NCBI RefSeq assembly: GCF_001457595.1
Contig: NZ_LN831039.1
Coordinates: forward strand, 3,540,001 to 3,572,000
Direction of reading: 5' to 3'
Origin: Mycolicibacterium smegmatis
GTDB lineage: Bacteria; Actinomycetota; Actinomycetes; Mycobacteriales; Mycobacteriaceae
Length of the DNA stretch: 32,000 nt
The notes below the pieces were generated by a model. The model was given only the letters and a program-made list of their open reading frames with translations. It made no database searches and was not told the DNA's origin. The stretch's first letter is position 1, and each line of letters opens with the position of its first letter. Positions 8,759 to 17,911 of the stretch are shown here, in pieces. The position numbers and the translations under genes are program-made.

Positions 8759-9136
8759 ATGCGAATCGGTGAACTGGCCGGCCGCACCGGCGTGAGCGAG
8801 CGGTCCCTGCGCTACTACGAGCAGCAGAATCTGCTGGTCTCTGACCGCACCCCGAGCGGTCACCGGGATTACCCCGACGCCGCCGTCGACCGCGTCATCC
8901 ACATCCAGGAGCTCTACGCCGCCGGCCTCAACAGCCGCACCATCGCGTCACTGCTGCCGTGTATGCGCGACAGCGACGGGGCTCCTTCACCGCAGGCAAC
9001 ACCACAGCTGCTCACGGTGCTGACCTCCGAGCGCGATCGGTTGGAGAAGTCGATACGTGAGCTCGCAGCCTCGCGAGAGGTGCTCGACGGGGTCATCGCG
9101 AACGCGTCTGTGCCGATTCCCACCGATCGCGAGTGA
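8759..9136 (+). CDS. MerR family transcriptional regulator
   Basis: MRIGELAGRTGVSERSLRYYEQQNLLVSDRTPSGHRDYPDAAVDRVIHIQELYAAGLNSRTIASLLPCM. ATG at 8759 preferred. Confidence 0.94.
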   Translation: MRIGELAGRTGVSERSLRYYEQQNLLVSDRTPSGHRDYPDAAVDRVIHIQELYAAGLNSRTIASLLPCMRDSDGAPSPQATPQLLTVLTSERDRLEKSIRELAASREVLDGVIANASVPIPTDRE

Positions 9137-9215
9137 CCCGCCCGGGCGGCATGCAGAGTTCAGTCACCACGTTGGTCCCGACTGCGCCGCCCAGTGAAAT
9201 CCTGGCGTCGGACCG

Positions 9216-10346
9216 CTATACCGCGGCAGCGCCTCGACGCAGATGCTCGACCTCGGCGCCGCTGATCGTGATCGCTGCGACGCCGATGCCCACCACGATG
9301 CCGACCGCTGTGTCAAAGACGCGATCAACCGCCGCACCCGGGGCCAACCCCGAGCCAAGCCCGGTGAGCAGCAACGCCATCGGCGTCACCGCCAGCGACG
9401 TCAACGCGTAGTTCACGGTGGACGCGACCTCTGCCGCGACCTGGAACACGATGATCGCCACCACGGCGCCCCAGTAGCCCAACGGCAGCGCCAACAGCCC
9501 TGCGGCCAGCACTCCGCCACCTACATTGCCCAGCAACCGTTGCACACCGCGGTGCACGGTGACGTGGTAACCGACACCCTGCATGGCAGCCACGGCGCCC
9601 ATGGCAGCCCACATCGGATGATCCAGGCCGAGTCCCATCGCGGCCGCAGCGGCGACCGCTCCCGCCACCGTGATCCGCGCGCTTCGGGCCAGTAGCGCGC
9701 GGTGCGGTGCTCGTGTGAGCGTGACCCGCAGCGGTTCGCGCCGCGCCGTCTCCGGTTGAGTTGTCCCGTCTGCCCGGCGCAACTTCTGGAGCAGCCAGGG
9801 AGCCAGTGCCGCGACAGCACCCAACACTGCGCCGGCGGCCGTCACCGTGACCGCCCGAACGACGTCGCCCGCGTCGTGGGCGAAAGCCTGCCCGCCGACC
9901 GCGCCGAACACGAACACCACTGCCCCCGGGCCGACGATGTGCAGCGCCCACATGAGATATGCCGCGGCACCGGCCAGTAGCGAGATCACCAGCGTCGATA
10001 CGACGACGCCGCTGCCGGTGGCCCCCAGCACGGCACCGATGCCAATGGCTGCGGTGATGCCGATCCCGAGCACGGCGAGACGGCCCGCGCGCACCGGATA
10101 GGGATCCGGTCGGCAGAACGCCGAGACCAGCGCTCCCAGCGCCGCGAATCCCGCGACGTCGCGGTGGCCGAACACTCCCCCGGCGACGAACACCAGCGTC
10201 ACCGCGACGCCGACGCGCAACGGAACGGCCAGGCCGGCTTTGCGGAAATCGCCGCGAAGAACTCCGCGCCAACCCTTCGGTGTCACGGCGTGCGCCAGGG
10301 CGACATAGCCGTGGGGGAGGCGTCGGGTCACAGGGGAAGCAAGCAC
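9216..10346 (-). CDS. FUSC family / aromatic acid exporter-like membrane protein
   Basis: 376-aa multi-TM ORF with a KAGLAVPLRVGVAVTLVFVAGG half and a second MWAAMGAVAAMQGVGYHVTVHRGVQRLLGNVGGG...LA FUSC-like half. Confidence 0.85.
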   Translation of the reverse strand: MLASPVTRRLPHGYVALAHAVTPKGWRGVLRGDFRKAGLAVPLRVGVAVTLVFVAGGVFGHRDVAGFAALGALVSAFCRPDPYPVRAGRLAVLGIGITAAIGIGAVLGATGSGVVVSTLVISLLAGAAAYLMWALHIVGPGAVVFVFGAVGGQAFAHDAGDVVRAVTVTAAGAVLGAVAALAPWLLQKLRRADGTTQPETARREPLRVTLTRAPHRALLARSARITVAGAVAAAAAMGLGLDHPMWAAMGAVAAMQGVGYHVTVHRGVQRLLGNVGGGVLAAGLLALPLGYWGAVVAIIVFQVAAEVASTVNYALTSLAVTPMALLLTGLGSGLAPGAAVDRVFDTAVGIVVGIGVAAITISGAEVEHLRRGAAAV

Positions 10347-10388
10347 CGGGAAACTTTATCACTGTTTTACTTCTGAAATAGTTCTGGC

Positions 10389-10394
10389 TAACCT
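10389..10394 (+). promoter_or_regulatory. Candidate -10 box for leaderless marR-family gene
   Basis: TAACCT (TAnnnT) 6 nt before the ATG at 10401, with no clear Shine-Dalgarno. Confidence 0.4.
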
Positions 10395-10400
10395 GGACCG

Positions 10401-10910
10401 ATGGACGACGCAGCGGACGACGTTATGCTCACCGACACCGTCGACCACGTCCGTCACGAGTGGGCTAAGACGTATCCCCACCTCGACACCTCACCCATCG
10501 AAGTCCTCGGCCGCGTGCAGCGGATCGCGTCGATCTGCAACCACCGACTCGATCTCGACCTCGCACGGCACGGTGTCAACCGTTCGGAGTTCAGCGTGCT
10601 GAGCGCGCTGGCGCGGGCCGGACGACCACTGCGGGCCAGTGAGGTCGTCTCCACGACCATGCTGAGCGGTGCATCGATCACCAAGATTGCCGACAGTCTG
10701 GTCGGCCGCGGCCTTGTGGTGCGACAGAAGTCGGAGCGCGACGGGCGGGTGGTCCTGCTCGCGCCCACTGACGCCGGACGTGCCGTCGTCGACGACGAGA
10801 TGCCCCGTCGCATCGCCGGTGACGCTCAACTCATCGCGGGCCTCACTCCGGCCGAACGCGAGACACTTTCCGGCCTGCTTCGGAAAGTCTGTGCCGCACT
10901 GGGTGATTGA
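10401..10910 (+). CDS. MarR family transcriptional regulator
   Basis: 169-aa ORF: LARHGVNRSEFSVLSALARAGRPLRASEVVSTTMLSGASITKIADSLVGRGLVVRQKSERDGRVVLLAPTDAGRAVV winged helix. Divergent from FUSC. Confidence 0.93.
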   Translation: MDDAADDVMLTDTVDHVRHEWAKTYPHLDTSPIEVLGRVQRIASICNHRLDLDLARHGVNRSEFSVLSALARAGRPLRASEVVSTTMLSGASITKIADSLVGRGLVVRQKSERDGRVVLLAPTDAGRAVVDDEMPRRIAGDAQLIAGLTPAERETLSGLLRKVCAALGD

Positions 10911-11032
10911 CCGTGGACATCATGGCCGGCCATATGCATGCCCGGAACGGTCGCAATCGGCCGCGATCCGAGCACTTCACACCGACGCCCGGGAGTTCGT
11001 AGAGTTGTCCGCATCGTGCCTGGATCCACACC

Positions 11033-11899
11033 ATGATCGGTTGGCTCTTCGGACTGGGCTCGGCGGTGCTGTACGGCATGTCCGATTTTGTCGGCGGTCT
11101 GGCGTCGCGGCGGTCCCACTTCGTCGTTGTTGCCCTGCTCGGCCAGTGCGCCGGGCTGATCGCGTCTGCCCTGGCCGGTCTGATGATCGGCGCCGAATCG
11201 ATACCGCGCAGCGATCTGTGGTGGGGCGCGCTGTCCGGCTTCGGAACAGCGGTGGGCATGGCGTTTCTGTTCCGTGGGCTCAGCCGTGGCGCGATGAGTG
11301 TGATCGTCCCGGTCAGCGCGGTGACGGGTGTGTCGATTCCCGTGCTGTTCGGAGTCGTCGTCGAGGGGCAACGGCCGTCGCTGCTCGCCTGGCTCGGCAT
11401 CGTGGTCGCCGTTCCGGCGCTGTGGTTGGTGGCCGGGCGGCAGAGCCGGAACGCCGAAGGGCTCAAGGGATCTGGTGTCGGTGACGGTCTGGTCGCGGGC
11501 GTCGGAATCGCTGTGCAATACCTGGCTCTCGCGCACGCGTCAGCGGCGTCCGGCTTGTGGCCGGTTGCGGCTGGACGCGTCAGCGCAGTCCTCGTCCTGA
11601 TCGTCATGGCGATCTTTGTCATGCGTCATCTGAAGGACGAGCACGATCGATCGCCGCTTCGGACAACGATGGCCTCGGGAGTGCTGGCAACATCGGCAGG
11701 CGTCCTGGCGGCGGCGGCCCTCGCCGCGTACGCGATCGCCACACGTCACCAACTTGCCGCCATCGCCGTGGTGCTGTCGTCGATGTATCCGGTGATACCG
11801 GTTCTCCTCGGCGTCACGGTGTTACGCGAACATCTCACCCGTCAACAGAGCGCAGGTCTTCTAGCGGCTGCGGCGGCGACGGTCCTGCTCGCCGTTTGA
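11033..11899 (+). CDS. EamA/DMT superfamily transporter
   Basis: 288-aa, 10-TM-like ORF with an internal duplication and conserved ...GLSRGAMSVIVPVSAVTGVSIPVLFG...ALAHASAASGLWPVAAGRVSAVLVL...SSMYPVIPVLLGVTVLREHLTRQQSAGLLAA. Confidence 0.93.
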   Translation: MIGWLFGLGSAVLYGMSDFVGGLASRRSHFVVVALLGQCAGLIASALAGLMIGAESIPRSDLWWGALSGFGTAVGMAFLFRGLSRGAMSVIVPVSAVTGVSIPVLFGVVVEGQRPSLLAWLGIVVAVPALWLVAGRQSRNAEGLKGSGVGDGLVAGVGIAVQYLALAHASAASGLWPVAAGRVSAVLVLIVMAIFVMRHLKDEHDRSPLRTTMASGVLATSAGVLAAAALAAYAIATRHQLAAIAVVLSSMYPVIPVLLGVTVLREHLTRQQSAGLLAAAAATVLLAV

Positions 11900-11923
11900 G
11901 GTGATGTCGCAGGGTTACCTGCC

Positions 11924-12427
11924 CTACCCGGAGGAAACGTCGACCTCGGCTGAACCCTTCTCTGCCAAGCCGGCCAGATGCTTGAGCGAGTTGTCCAGGT
12001 GCTGAGGATCGAACGGAGGGAAGCCGATGTGCTGCCGGATGGCGTCCGGCACCGCTGACCAGTCGTATGTCAGGGTGATCCTCGTGCGGGCGGGGGCGAG
12101 AGACTCGAGGTCGTAGCGCCAGGACCAACCCCCGAACTTGAGGGTTCCGTCGTCGGTGTCCTCGCCGGGCAGCCATGCGATCGCAATCGGCGGATCGAAC
12201 ACCTCGACCCGGTTGGCGACCGTGTAGTGCATGCCCCCGAAATTCCGGTGGTACATCGCCATTCGGAAGATCTGCCCTACCGTGGTCAGCTTTGCGCTGT
12301 CGAGGGATTCCCGCACCCAGCCGGTTCCGTCGATCGCGTGGTGCGCCGTGGGATCAGCGAGTACGCCGAATACGGTTGCGGCCGGCGCATCGACGATGCG
12401 CTCTGCCGTCATGATGTCATTGCTCAT
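11924..12427 (-). CDS. SRPBCC family (START/polyketide cyclase-like) protein
   Basis: 167-aa ORF: TAERIVDAPAATVFGVLADPTAHHAIDGTGWVRE...RNFGGMHYTVANRVEVFDPPIAIAW. Confidence 0.87.
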   Translation of the reverse strand: MSNDIMTAERIVDAPAATVFGVLADPTAHHAIDGTGWVRESLDSAKLTTVGQIFRMAMYHRNFGGMHYTVANRVEVFDPPIAIAWLPGEDTDDGTLKFGGWSWRYDLESLAPARTRITLTYDWSAVPDAIRQHIGFPPFDPQHLDNSLKHLAGLAEKGSAEVDVSSG

Positions 12428-12510
12428 GTCGGTACTGACCGCAAAGGCAGGGAAAATTCATCGCGTGCGCGCACTGCGGTGTCGAAAGCGTTGCGACACA
12501 AGGTGAAGAG

Positions 12511-12939
12511 TCAGTGCAGGGCCGCGAGGTTCTGCACCGATTTGCGGACGTCGGAGGTGAGTACCTTCGCGACGAGAGATCCCACCGGTCCGCTGAGCAG
12601 CCCGCCCGAGAGGTCGGCCACAAGGTGGAAGCACGATCCGGCAGGATCTTCGCCCACTGTCATCATCAGCGCGATGCGAACGCCTCCGCGCCCGTGCCCG
12701 CGCATCTCGATCCGCCGCGGCTCGTCGTACTGGGTGACCTCCCAGTGGATGACGTTGCGGAAGCCCTTCACCTTGATCAGCGCAGAGACGCGTGTCCCCA
12801 CCTCGATGATGTCGGGGACGGCGCTTCGCCACCCGCCGAAGATGGTCAGCCACTCGTCGAACCGCCCGAGATCAGATGCCAATTTCCAGGCCTGCTCAGG
12901 TGTCATCTGTGAGGCGACCTGCACCTCGACCTTCGCCAT
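12511..12939 (-). CDS. SRPBCC family protein
   Basis: MAKVEVQVASQMTPEQAWKLASDLGRFDEWLTIFGGWRS...LIKVKGFRNVIHWEVTQYDEPRRIEMRG. Internal ATG at 12939 preferred over track start 13146. Confidence 0.87.
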   Translation of the reverse strand: MAKVEVQVASQMTPEQAWKLASDLGRFDEWLTIFGGWRSAVPDIIEVGTRVSALIKVKGFRNVIHWEVTQYDEPRRIEMRGHGRGGVRIALMMTVGEDPAGSCFHLVADLSGGLLSGPVGSLVAKVLTSDVRKSVQNLAALH

Positions 12940-13030
12940 GTCGTCTCCGCGCTCTCCGTAGTGTTCAAACGATCCTGGTATGCGGCGGGGTCCGCAGCAA
13001 TATCCTGCGAACCCCACCGAAGCTGGCCGG

Positions 13031-13993
13031 TCAGCCGATGCCGACGACTTCCTGGGCGATGGCTGCGAGCCGGGTCTGCGCCGCCGAGACGACGCGCTGG
13101 CGGTTCTTGTGGGCCTCTTCCCACGCGACGATGGTGCGGATGTCACCGGGATCGGTCAGATCCTTGATGGCCGAGATCGCGTCCTGGACCGTGCGCTCAT
13201 CGTAATCCGGGATCGGGAGCTCAGCCGGATCGAGGGCACCGGCCGCGGTCCGCAGGCTGCGCAGCGCGTCGGCCGTCTTGTCTGCGCCGTCGCGGCGGGT
13301 GATGTTCTCCGCGGCAGTCAGCGCCGCATCACGGGACCCGGTGAGGACCCGGCCTGCGAGTTCGCCGGCGTACGCACCACGGTCGATGAACTGGTCGAAC
13401 GTGGGACGAATGCTCCGGATGCTCTCGACGGCACGATCGATGCCCCGGGTCGACCACTGGGCCGGCAGGTTCGCCGCCCGCACAGCCAAGCCGACCGCAG
13501 CCTGGACGGGTGTCCGGCGCAGCGCGGCCGGCCCACCCAGGGCATCCTCGGCGAGCACGGTGGTCAGCCAGTCGACTGTCGCCGAGTGCGCTTCGATCAA
13601 CCGGTCGGCGAGCCGGACCACGTCGGGTTGCTTGGCGGCAACCGCCAGCGCCTTGATGTAGCGGGAGCGGTCGAGGAGCTGGTCTTCGAGCGCCAGATCA
13701 CCGAGCAGCGCCTCGTCGAAGGGCGCGGCCTGCTCGGTGAGCGCCTTCACCGCGGCGGCGGCACGCCCGAAGAACGGGCCGACGACGTCCGGGTAGCCGC
13801 CCAGGTCGCGGATGGCCTCCTCGATCGCCGCTGCGCGATCACGGCCGTTGGCGGCGTTCTCGCTGAGTTCGCGGCGGACCGCCTCGGTGCGGGCCTGGGC
13901 CACCCGGGTCTCGGCGACCTGGATTTCGGTGTTGGTGAGGTCGAGAACTGCGCGCAACTGCGCGAGCAACTTGGTGGTATCTGCGGTGGTCAT
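13031..13993 (-). CDS. Alpha-helical protein with a ferritin-like N-terminal region, function unknown
   Basis: MTTADTTKLLAQLRAVLDLTNTEIQVAETRVAQ...EEAIRDLGGYPDVVGPFFGR...DLALEDQLLDRSRYIKALA...LIEAHSATVDWL. Start at 13993. Confidence 0.75.
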   Translation of the reverse strand: MTTADTTKLLAQLRAVLDLTNTEIQVAETRVAQARTEAVRRELSENAANGRDRAAAIEEAIRDLGGYPDVVGPFFGRAAAAVKALTEQAAPFDEALLGDLALEDQLLDRSRYIKALAVAAKQPDVVRLADRLIEAHSATVDWLTTVLAEDALGGPAALRRTPVQAAVGLAVRAANLPAQWSTRGIDRAVESIRSIRPTFDQFIDRGAYAGELAGRVLTGSRDAALTAAENITRRDGADKTADALRSLRTAAGALDPAELPIPDYDERTVQDAISAIKDLTDPGDIRTIVAWEEAHKNRQRVVSAAQTRLAAIAQEVVGIG

Positions 13994-14349
13994 GAATCTG
14001 CCCCTCTGCGTTGACGGATTTGTCGGCGCTGGGTGCACCTGATCCTCCGGATACCCGATGTGCGCGCAACCGACTCGGGAAACGGCCGCCGCTCACCATG
14101 ACCTACGTCACACCGGCGAGCCAGGGAAACGTCCGTGCGGCAAGGGCCGGCCACGGGGAGCGAGACGGCGTTCGGGACCGGGCGACTGGAACGACGCGAG
14201 ATCAGTTTTCAGCGGGGACATCATGTCCTCGGCAGTGGGAACGGTGCGACGGTCGGCCTGTCGTTTCGCCGTTGCGATGGATTCCTTCTCGTATGAGGCG
14301 ATTCGGCGCGCCAGAGGCGCGCGGTTGCCCTACCGGTACCGTTGGGCGA

Positions 14350-15120
14350 TCACACGACGGCCGTCATGCCCCCGTCGACGAACAGCACCTGCCCATTCAC
14401 ATAGGCAGATGCCGGCGAGGCGAGGAAGATCGCGGGCCCGACGAGATCGTCGACCGTCCCCCACCTCCCCGCCGGCGTACGGCCCAGAATCCAGTTGTTG
14501 AACGACGTATCGTCGACGAGAGCCTGGGTCATCTCGGTGTGGATGTACCCGGGGGCCAAGCCGTTGATCTGCAAGCCGCCGCCTGCCCATTCGGCCGTCA
14601 TCGCGCGGGTGAGGTTGCGCAGGCCGCCCTTCGCGGCGGTGTAGGCCGCGATCGAGGGTCGCGCGAGATCTGTTTGCACCGAACAGATGTTGATGATCTT
14701 TCCCGATCCGCGGGCCAGCTGGTGTCGCGCAACCTCACGTCCCACCAGAAATGCGCTGGTGAGGTCCACGTCGATCACGCGCTGCCAATTCGCCAGGCTC
14801 ACCTCGAGCAGGGGTTCACGATGCTGCAGGCCGGCGTTGTTGACCAGCACCTCGATGGGCCCGATGCGCTGTTCGATGTCATCGATGGCGGATGACACCT
14901 CGTCGGGATCCGTCACGTCGAATCGCGCGGCGTACACGGCGTCCGTGCCGAACTTCTCGCGCAGACCGTCACACGTGTGTTCGAGACGGGGTCCGTCGAC
15001 ACCGTTGAGCACCACACGCGCACCGGCCTCGGCCAGCCCCGCGGCGATGGCCAGACCGATCCCCCGGCTCGAGCCCGTGACGACCGCGAGCCGCCCGGTC
15101 AGGTCGAACAGGCCGGTCAC
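14350..15120 (-). CDS. Short-chain dehydrogenase/reductase (gluconate 5-dehydrogenase-like)
   Basis: VTGLFDLTGRLAVVTGSSRGIGLAIAAGLAEAGA...NNAGLQHREPLLEV...YTAAKGGLRNLTRAMTAEWAGGGLQINGLAPGYIHTEMTQ. GTG start at 15120 overlaps the MFS stop by 4 nt. Confidence 0.93.
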   Translation of the reverse strand: MTGLFDLTGRLAVVTGSSRGIGLAIAAGLAEAGARVVLNGVDGPRLEHTCDGLREKFGTDAVYAARFDVTDPDEVSSAIDDIEQRIGPIEVLVNNAGLQHREPLLEVSLANWQRVIDVDLTSAFLVGREVARHQLARGSGKIINICSVQTDLARPSIAAYTAAKGGLRNLTRAMTAEWAGGGLQINGLAPGYIHTEMTQALVDDTSFNNWILGRTPAGRWGTVDDLVGPAIFLASPASAYVNGQVLFVDGGMTAVV

Positions 15121-16541
15121 CGTCCCACGACCGCGGCGGCATCGTTGCGGTAGGACTGCGCCAAAGGCTCTGGGCGGGCGGCGATCTCGGACTCGCTGTC
15201 GCCGTCGGCGTTGGTCAGCAAGGTGAGGTCGCGTGCTCGGGTCTCGGGCGTGCGCAATGTCGCGTAGAGGGTGATAAGCGTCAAGATGATGACGTAGGCC
15301 GCCAGCGGAACCCACGAATTGTTGAACCAGCTGAGCAGGAGCGCACCGACGAACGGAGCGATGCCGCCTGCGATGATGGCACTGAACTCGCGGCTGACCG
15401 CGACCCCGATGTACCGATGCCGTGATCCGAAAAGCTCTGGCAGTGCGGCGCATTGGGCACCGAGCATCACGTTGACACCGACACCGTATGCGATCGCGAT
15501 GACGACGACAGTGAGCACGGGGTTGCCCAGTGACAGCAGTGGCCATGCGACGGCGGCGAGTACCAACTGGATGACCGCGCCTACGCGGTAGACCCTCATG
15601 CGGCCGAATCTGTCCGACAGCGATCCTGCGAACGGGATGACGAAGAAGCCGATCACCGCGCCGATCGCGACCGCCAATGGACCGACGGACTTCTGCACGC
15701 CCAGCGCGCTCACGTAGGTGATGCTCAGGGTTTGATAGATGTACGAGCCGCCGTTCTCCGCCATCCGCAGACCAATACCTCGCCACACGGTGGGCCGTGA
15801 CGACTGCAGCAACTCGCGGAAAGGCTTCTGGCTGACCTGATCCCGCTTTTCGAGGGTGACGAACGTCGGACTTTCCTTGAGCCGCAGCCGGATCAGCACG
15901 GCAACGCCGATGAGGAAGATGGACGCCAGAAACGGGATGCGCCACACCCAGCCGAGCAGCGCATCATCGGGCACCTGGCCCAGACCGACGAACACCGCCG
16001 AGGCCAACAACGTCCCGAGCATGATCCCGACGAATGGGAGGGCCGAGTAGAAACCGCGGCGCCGCACCGGGGAGTACTCCGCCATCAACGTGGTGGCGCC
16101 GGCCTGTTCGGCCCCGGCGCCGAAGCCCTGTGCGATTCGCAGGACCACCAGAAGGATCGGCGCGAGCGCACCCACCTGTTCACCGGTGGGCAGCACTCCG
16201 ATCAGCGTGCTGGACCCGCCCATGAGGGCGATCGTGAGCATCAGAACCCACTTGCGGCCGAGTCGGTCACCGAGGGCACCGAAGAAAAGACCTCCGACCG
16301 GCCTCGCGACGAAGCCGATCGCGAGCGTCGCGAGGCTGGCGACCGTGCCCGCTGATGCTCCGAGCGCCGGAAAGAAGATCTCGCCGAAGATCAATGCCGA
16401 TGCGAGCGAGTACAGCGCAAAGTCGTAGTACTCCAGCGCACTGCCGACCGATGCGGCCAGCGTCGCCCGTTTGAGGTTGCGAGCGTACTCGGGATCGTCG
16501 CTGCCGCGGGCGGCCTCGGCGGACGGGTGCTGATCAGCCAT
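15117..16541 (-). CDS. MFS transporter, metabolite:H+ symporter (MHS)-like
   Basis: 474-aa ORF: SVGSALEYYDFALYSLASALIFGEIFFP...ARPVGGLFFGALGDRLGRKWVLMLTIALMGGSSTLIG. Confidence 0.93.
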   Translation of the reverse strand: MADQHPSAEAARGSDDPEYARNLKRATLAASVGSALEYYDFALYSLASALIFGEIFFPALGASAGTVASLATLAIGFVARPVGGLFFGALGDRLGRKWVLMLTIALMGGSSTLIGVLPTGEQVGALAPILLVVLRIAQGFGAGAEQAGATTLMAEYSPVRRRGFYSALPFVGIMLGTLLASAVFVGLGQVPDDALLGWVWRIPFLASIFLIGVAVLIRLRLKESPTFVTLEKRDQVSQKPFRELLQSSRPTVWRGIGLRMAENGGSYIYQTLSITYVSALGVQKSVGPLAVAIGAVIGFFVIPFAGSLSDRFGRMRVYRVGAVIQLVLAAVAWPLLSLGNPVLTVVVIAIAYGVGVNVMLGAQCAALPELFGSRHRYIGVAVSREFSAIIAGGIAPFVGALLLSWFNNSWVPLAAYVIILTLITLYATLRTPETRARDLTLLTNADGDSESEIAARPEPLAQSYRNDAAAVVGR

Positions 16542-16726
16542 GTTCGTTCTCCGGTGGTGGTTCCGCGGGCAGATACGCGGGCCCAGGGGCCGCGATGTGG
16601 TCCATATGCGGGACGCGTCGTGATGTGATGGCCAACATACGCCGCATCAGAACGCAGTTCAATACCTCGAACAGGATAGCCATATCATCGTTGATGTTGC
16701 CGAGATTGTTCGATATAGCTACATAG

Positions 16727-16744
16727 TGTTCAGTCTGTCGAACA
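16727..16744. promoter_or_regulatory. Candidate regulator binding site in a divergent promoter region
   Basis: TGTTC-agtctgtc-GAACA, nested with an outer pair GTTCGA (16708-16713) / TCGAAC (16738-16743), between the MFS and 2-hydroxyacid dehydrogenase genes. Confidence 0.45.
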
Positions 16745-16775
16745 TCGCGTACGATCGAGATCATCACAGAGAGGG

Positions 16776-17855
16776 ATGCCCGTGGCAACTGATTCGACAC
16801 CTCAGCGACCCGAGCGACTCCGGGTGGTCGCCTCGACCCCGATCAGCGAGGACCTGATCGAGCGGATCGTGGCGAGAGAACCACGTATCGACTTCATCCG
16901 CGACCAGTCCCTGCTCCCCCCGCAGCGGTTCGCCGGCGACCATGCCGGCGATCCGGCTTTCCGTCGTACCGCGGACCAGCAGCGGCAATTCGAGCAGCTG
17001 GTCGACTCGGCTCAAGCGCTCTACGGCTTGCCCGACGAGCAGCCCGCCGCCCTGCGCCGCACCGTCCGTAGCAACCCGAACCTGTTGTGGGTGCACACGA
17101 TGGCCGCGGGTGGCGGCGGTCAGATCAAGGCGGCCGAACTCGAGGAGGACGAACTGAACCGCATCACGTTCACCACCTCCGCCGGCGTTCACGCGGAACC
17201 ACTGGCCGAATATGCATTGTTCGGTCTGCTCGCAGGCGCCAAGACGCTTCCGCGGCTGCTGCGTCAGCAGCGCGAGCGGAAGTGGACCGACCGTTGGGAG
17301 ATGGGCCTGCTGAGCCAGCAGCGGATCCTGCTCGTCGGACTCGGCGGAATCGGCCGGGTCATCGCGCGGAAGCTCGCTGCGCTGGGCGTCACGGTCGTGG
17401 GCACCAGTCGCTCGGGCGAACCCGTCGAGGGGGTCGCCGAACTCGTCCACCCGGATGATCTCGTCGACGCCGTACGCGACGTCGACGGCATCGTGGTGAG
17501 CCTGCCCGGCACTGCTGCCACCGAGAACATGGTGAACGCGAAGGTTCTTCGCGCCGCCAAACCCGGGTTCACTCTGGTGAGCCTGGGCCGGGGCACGGTG
17601 ATCGACGAGCCGGCCCTGATCGACGCCCTGCGAGACGGCCAGGTCGGATTCGCCGCGCTCGACGTGTTCGCCGCCGAACCGCTCGCGCCCGAAAGCCCGT
17701 TGTGGAGTGACGAAAAGGTCCTGATAAGCCCGCACACCGCGGCGTTGAACTCCGCCGAGGATCGACTCATCGCCGACCTGTTCGCCGAGAACGCCACCCG
17801 CTTCCTCGACGGAAGCCCCATGCGCAACCGTGTGGATACCGTCGAGTTCTACTGA
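16776..17855 (+). CDS. D-isomer specific 2-hydroxyacid dehydrogenase family protein
   Basis: 359-aa ORF with LLSQQRILLVGLGGIGRVIARKLAALGVTVVGTSRSG, SLGRGTVIDEPALIDAL and VFAAEPLAPESPLW...PHTAALN. RBS-like GAGAGGG upstream. Confidence 0.93.
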   Translation: MPVATDSTPQRPERLRVVASTPISEDLIERIVAREPRIDFIRDQSLLPPQRFAGDHAGDPAFRRTADQQRQFEQLVDSAQALYGLPDEQPAALRRTVRSNPNLLWVHTMAAGGGGQIKAAELEEDELNRITFTTSAGVHAEPLAEYALFGLLAGAKTLPRLLRQQRERKWTDRWEMGLLSQQRILLVGLGGIGRVIARKLAALGVTVVGTSRSGEPVEGVAELVHPDDLVDAVRDVDGIVVSLPGTAATENMVNAKVLRAAKPGFTLVSLGRGTVIDEPALIDALRDGQVGFAALDVFAAEPLAPESPLWSDEKVLISPHTAALNSAEDRLIADLFAENATRFLDGSPMRNRVDTVEFY

Positions 17856-17911
17856 GGCTGTGCGAGGATCCGCTTCCGACGAACTCGCAGGTCCCGAACC
17901 GAGGAGACGCA

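Noticed and set aside
12980-14014. 344-aa plus-strand ORF opposite the ferritin-like protein
   Set aside because: Antisense shadow; residue composition is non-protein-like (G/R/D runs) and there is no domain signal.
14011-14895. 294-aa plus-strand ORF spanning the 14.0-14.35 kb gap
   Set aside because: Reads mostly antisense to the SDR. No motif, so it was not used to explain the gap.
15121-15945. 825-nt N-terminal extension of the SDR ORF (14350-15945, minus strand)
   Set aside because: It overlaps the MFS gene in another frame and has low-complexity arginine/serine-rich shadow composition. The SDR fold starts at VTGLFDLTGRLAVVTG (15120).
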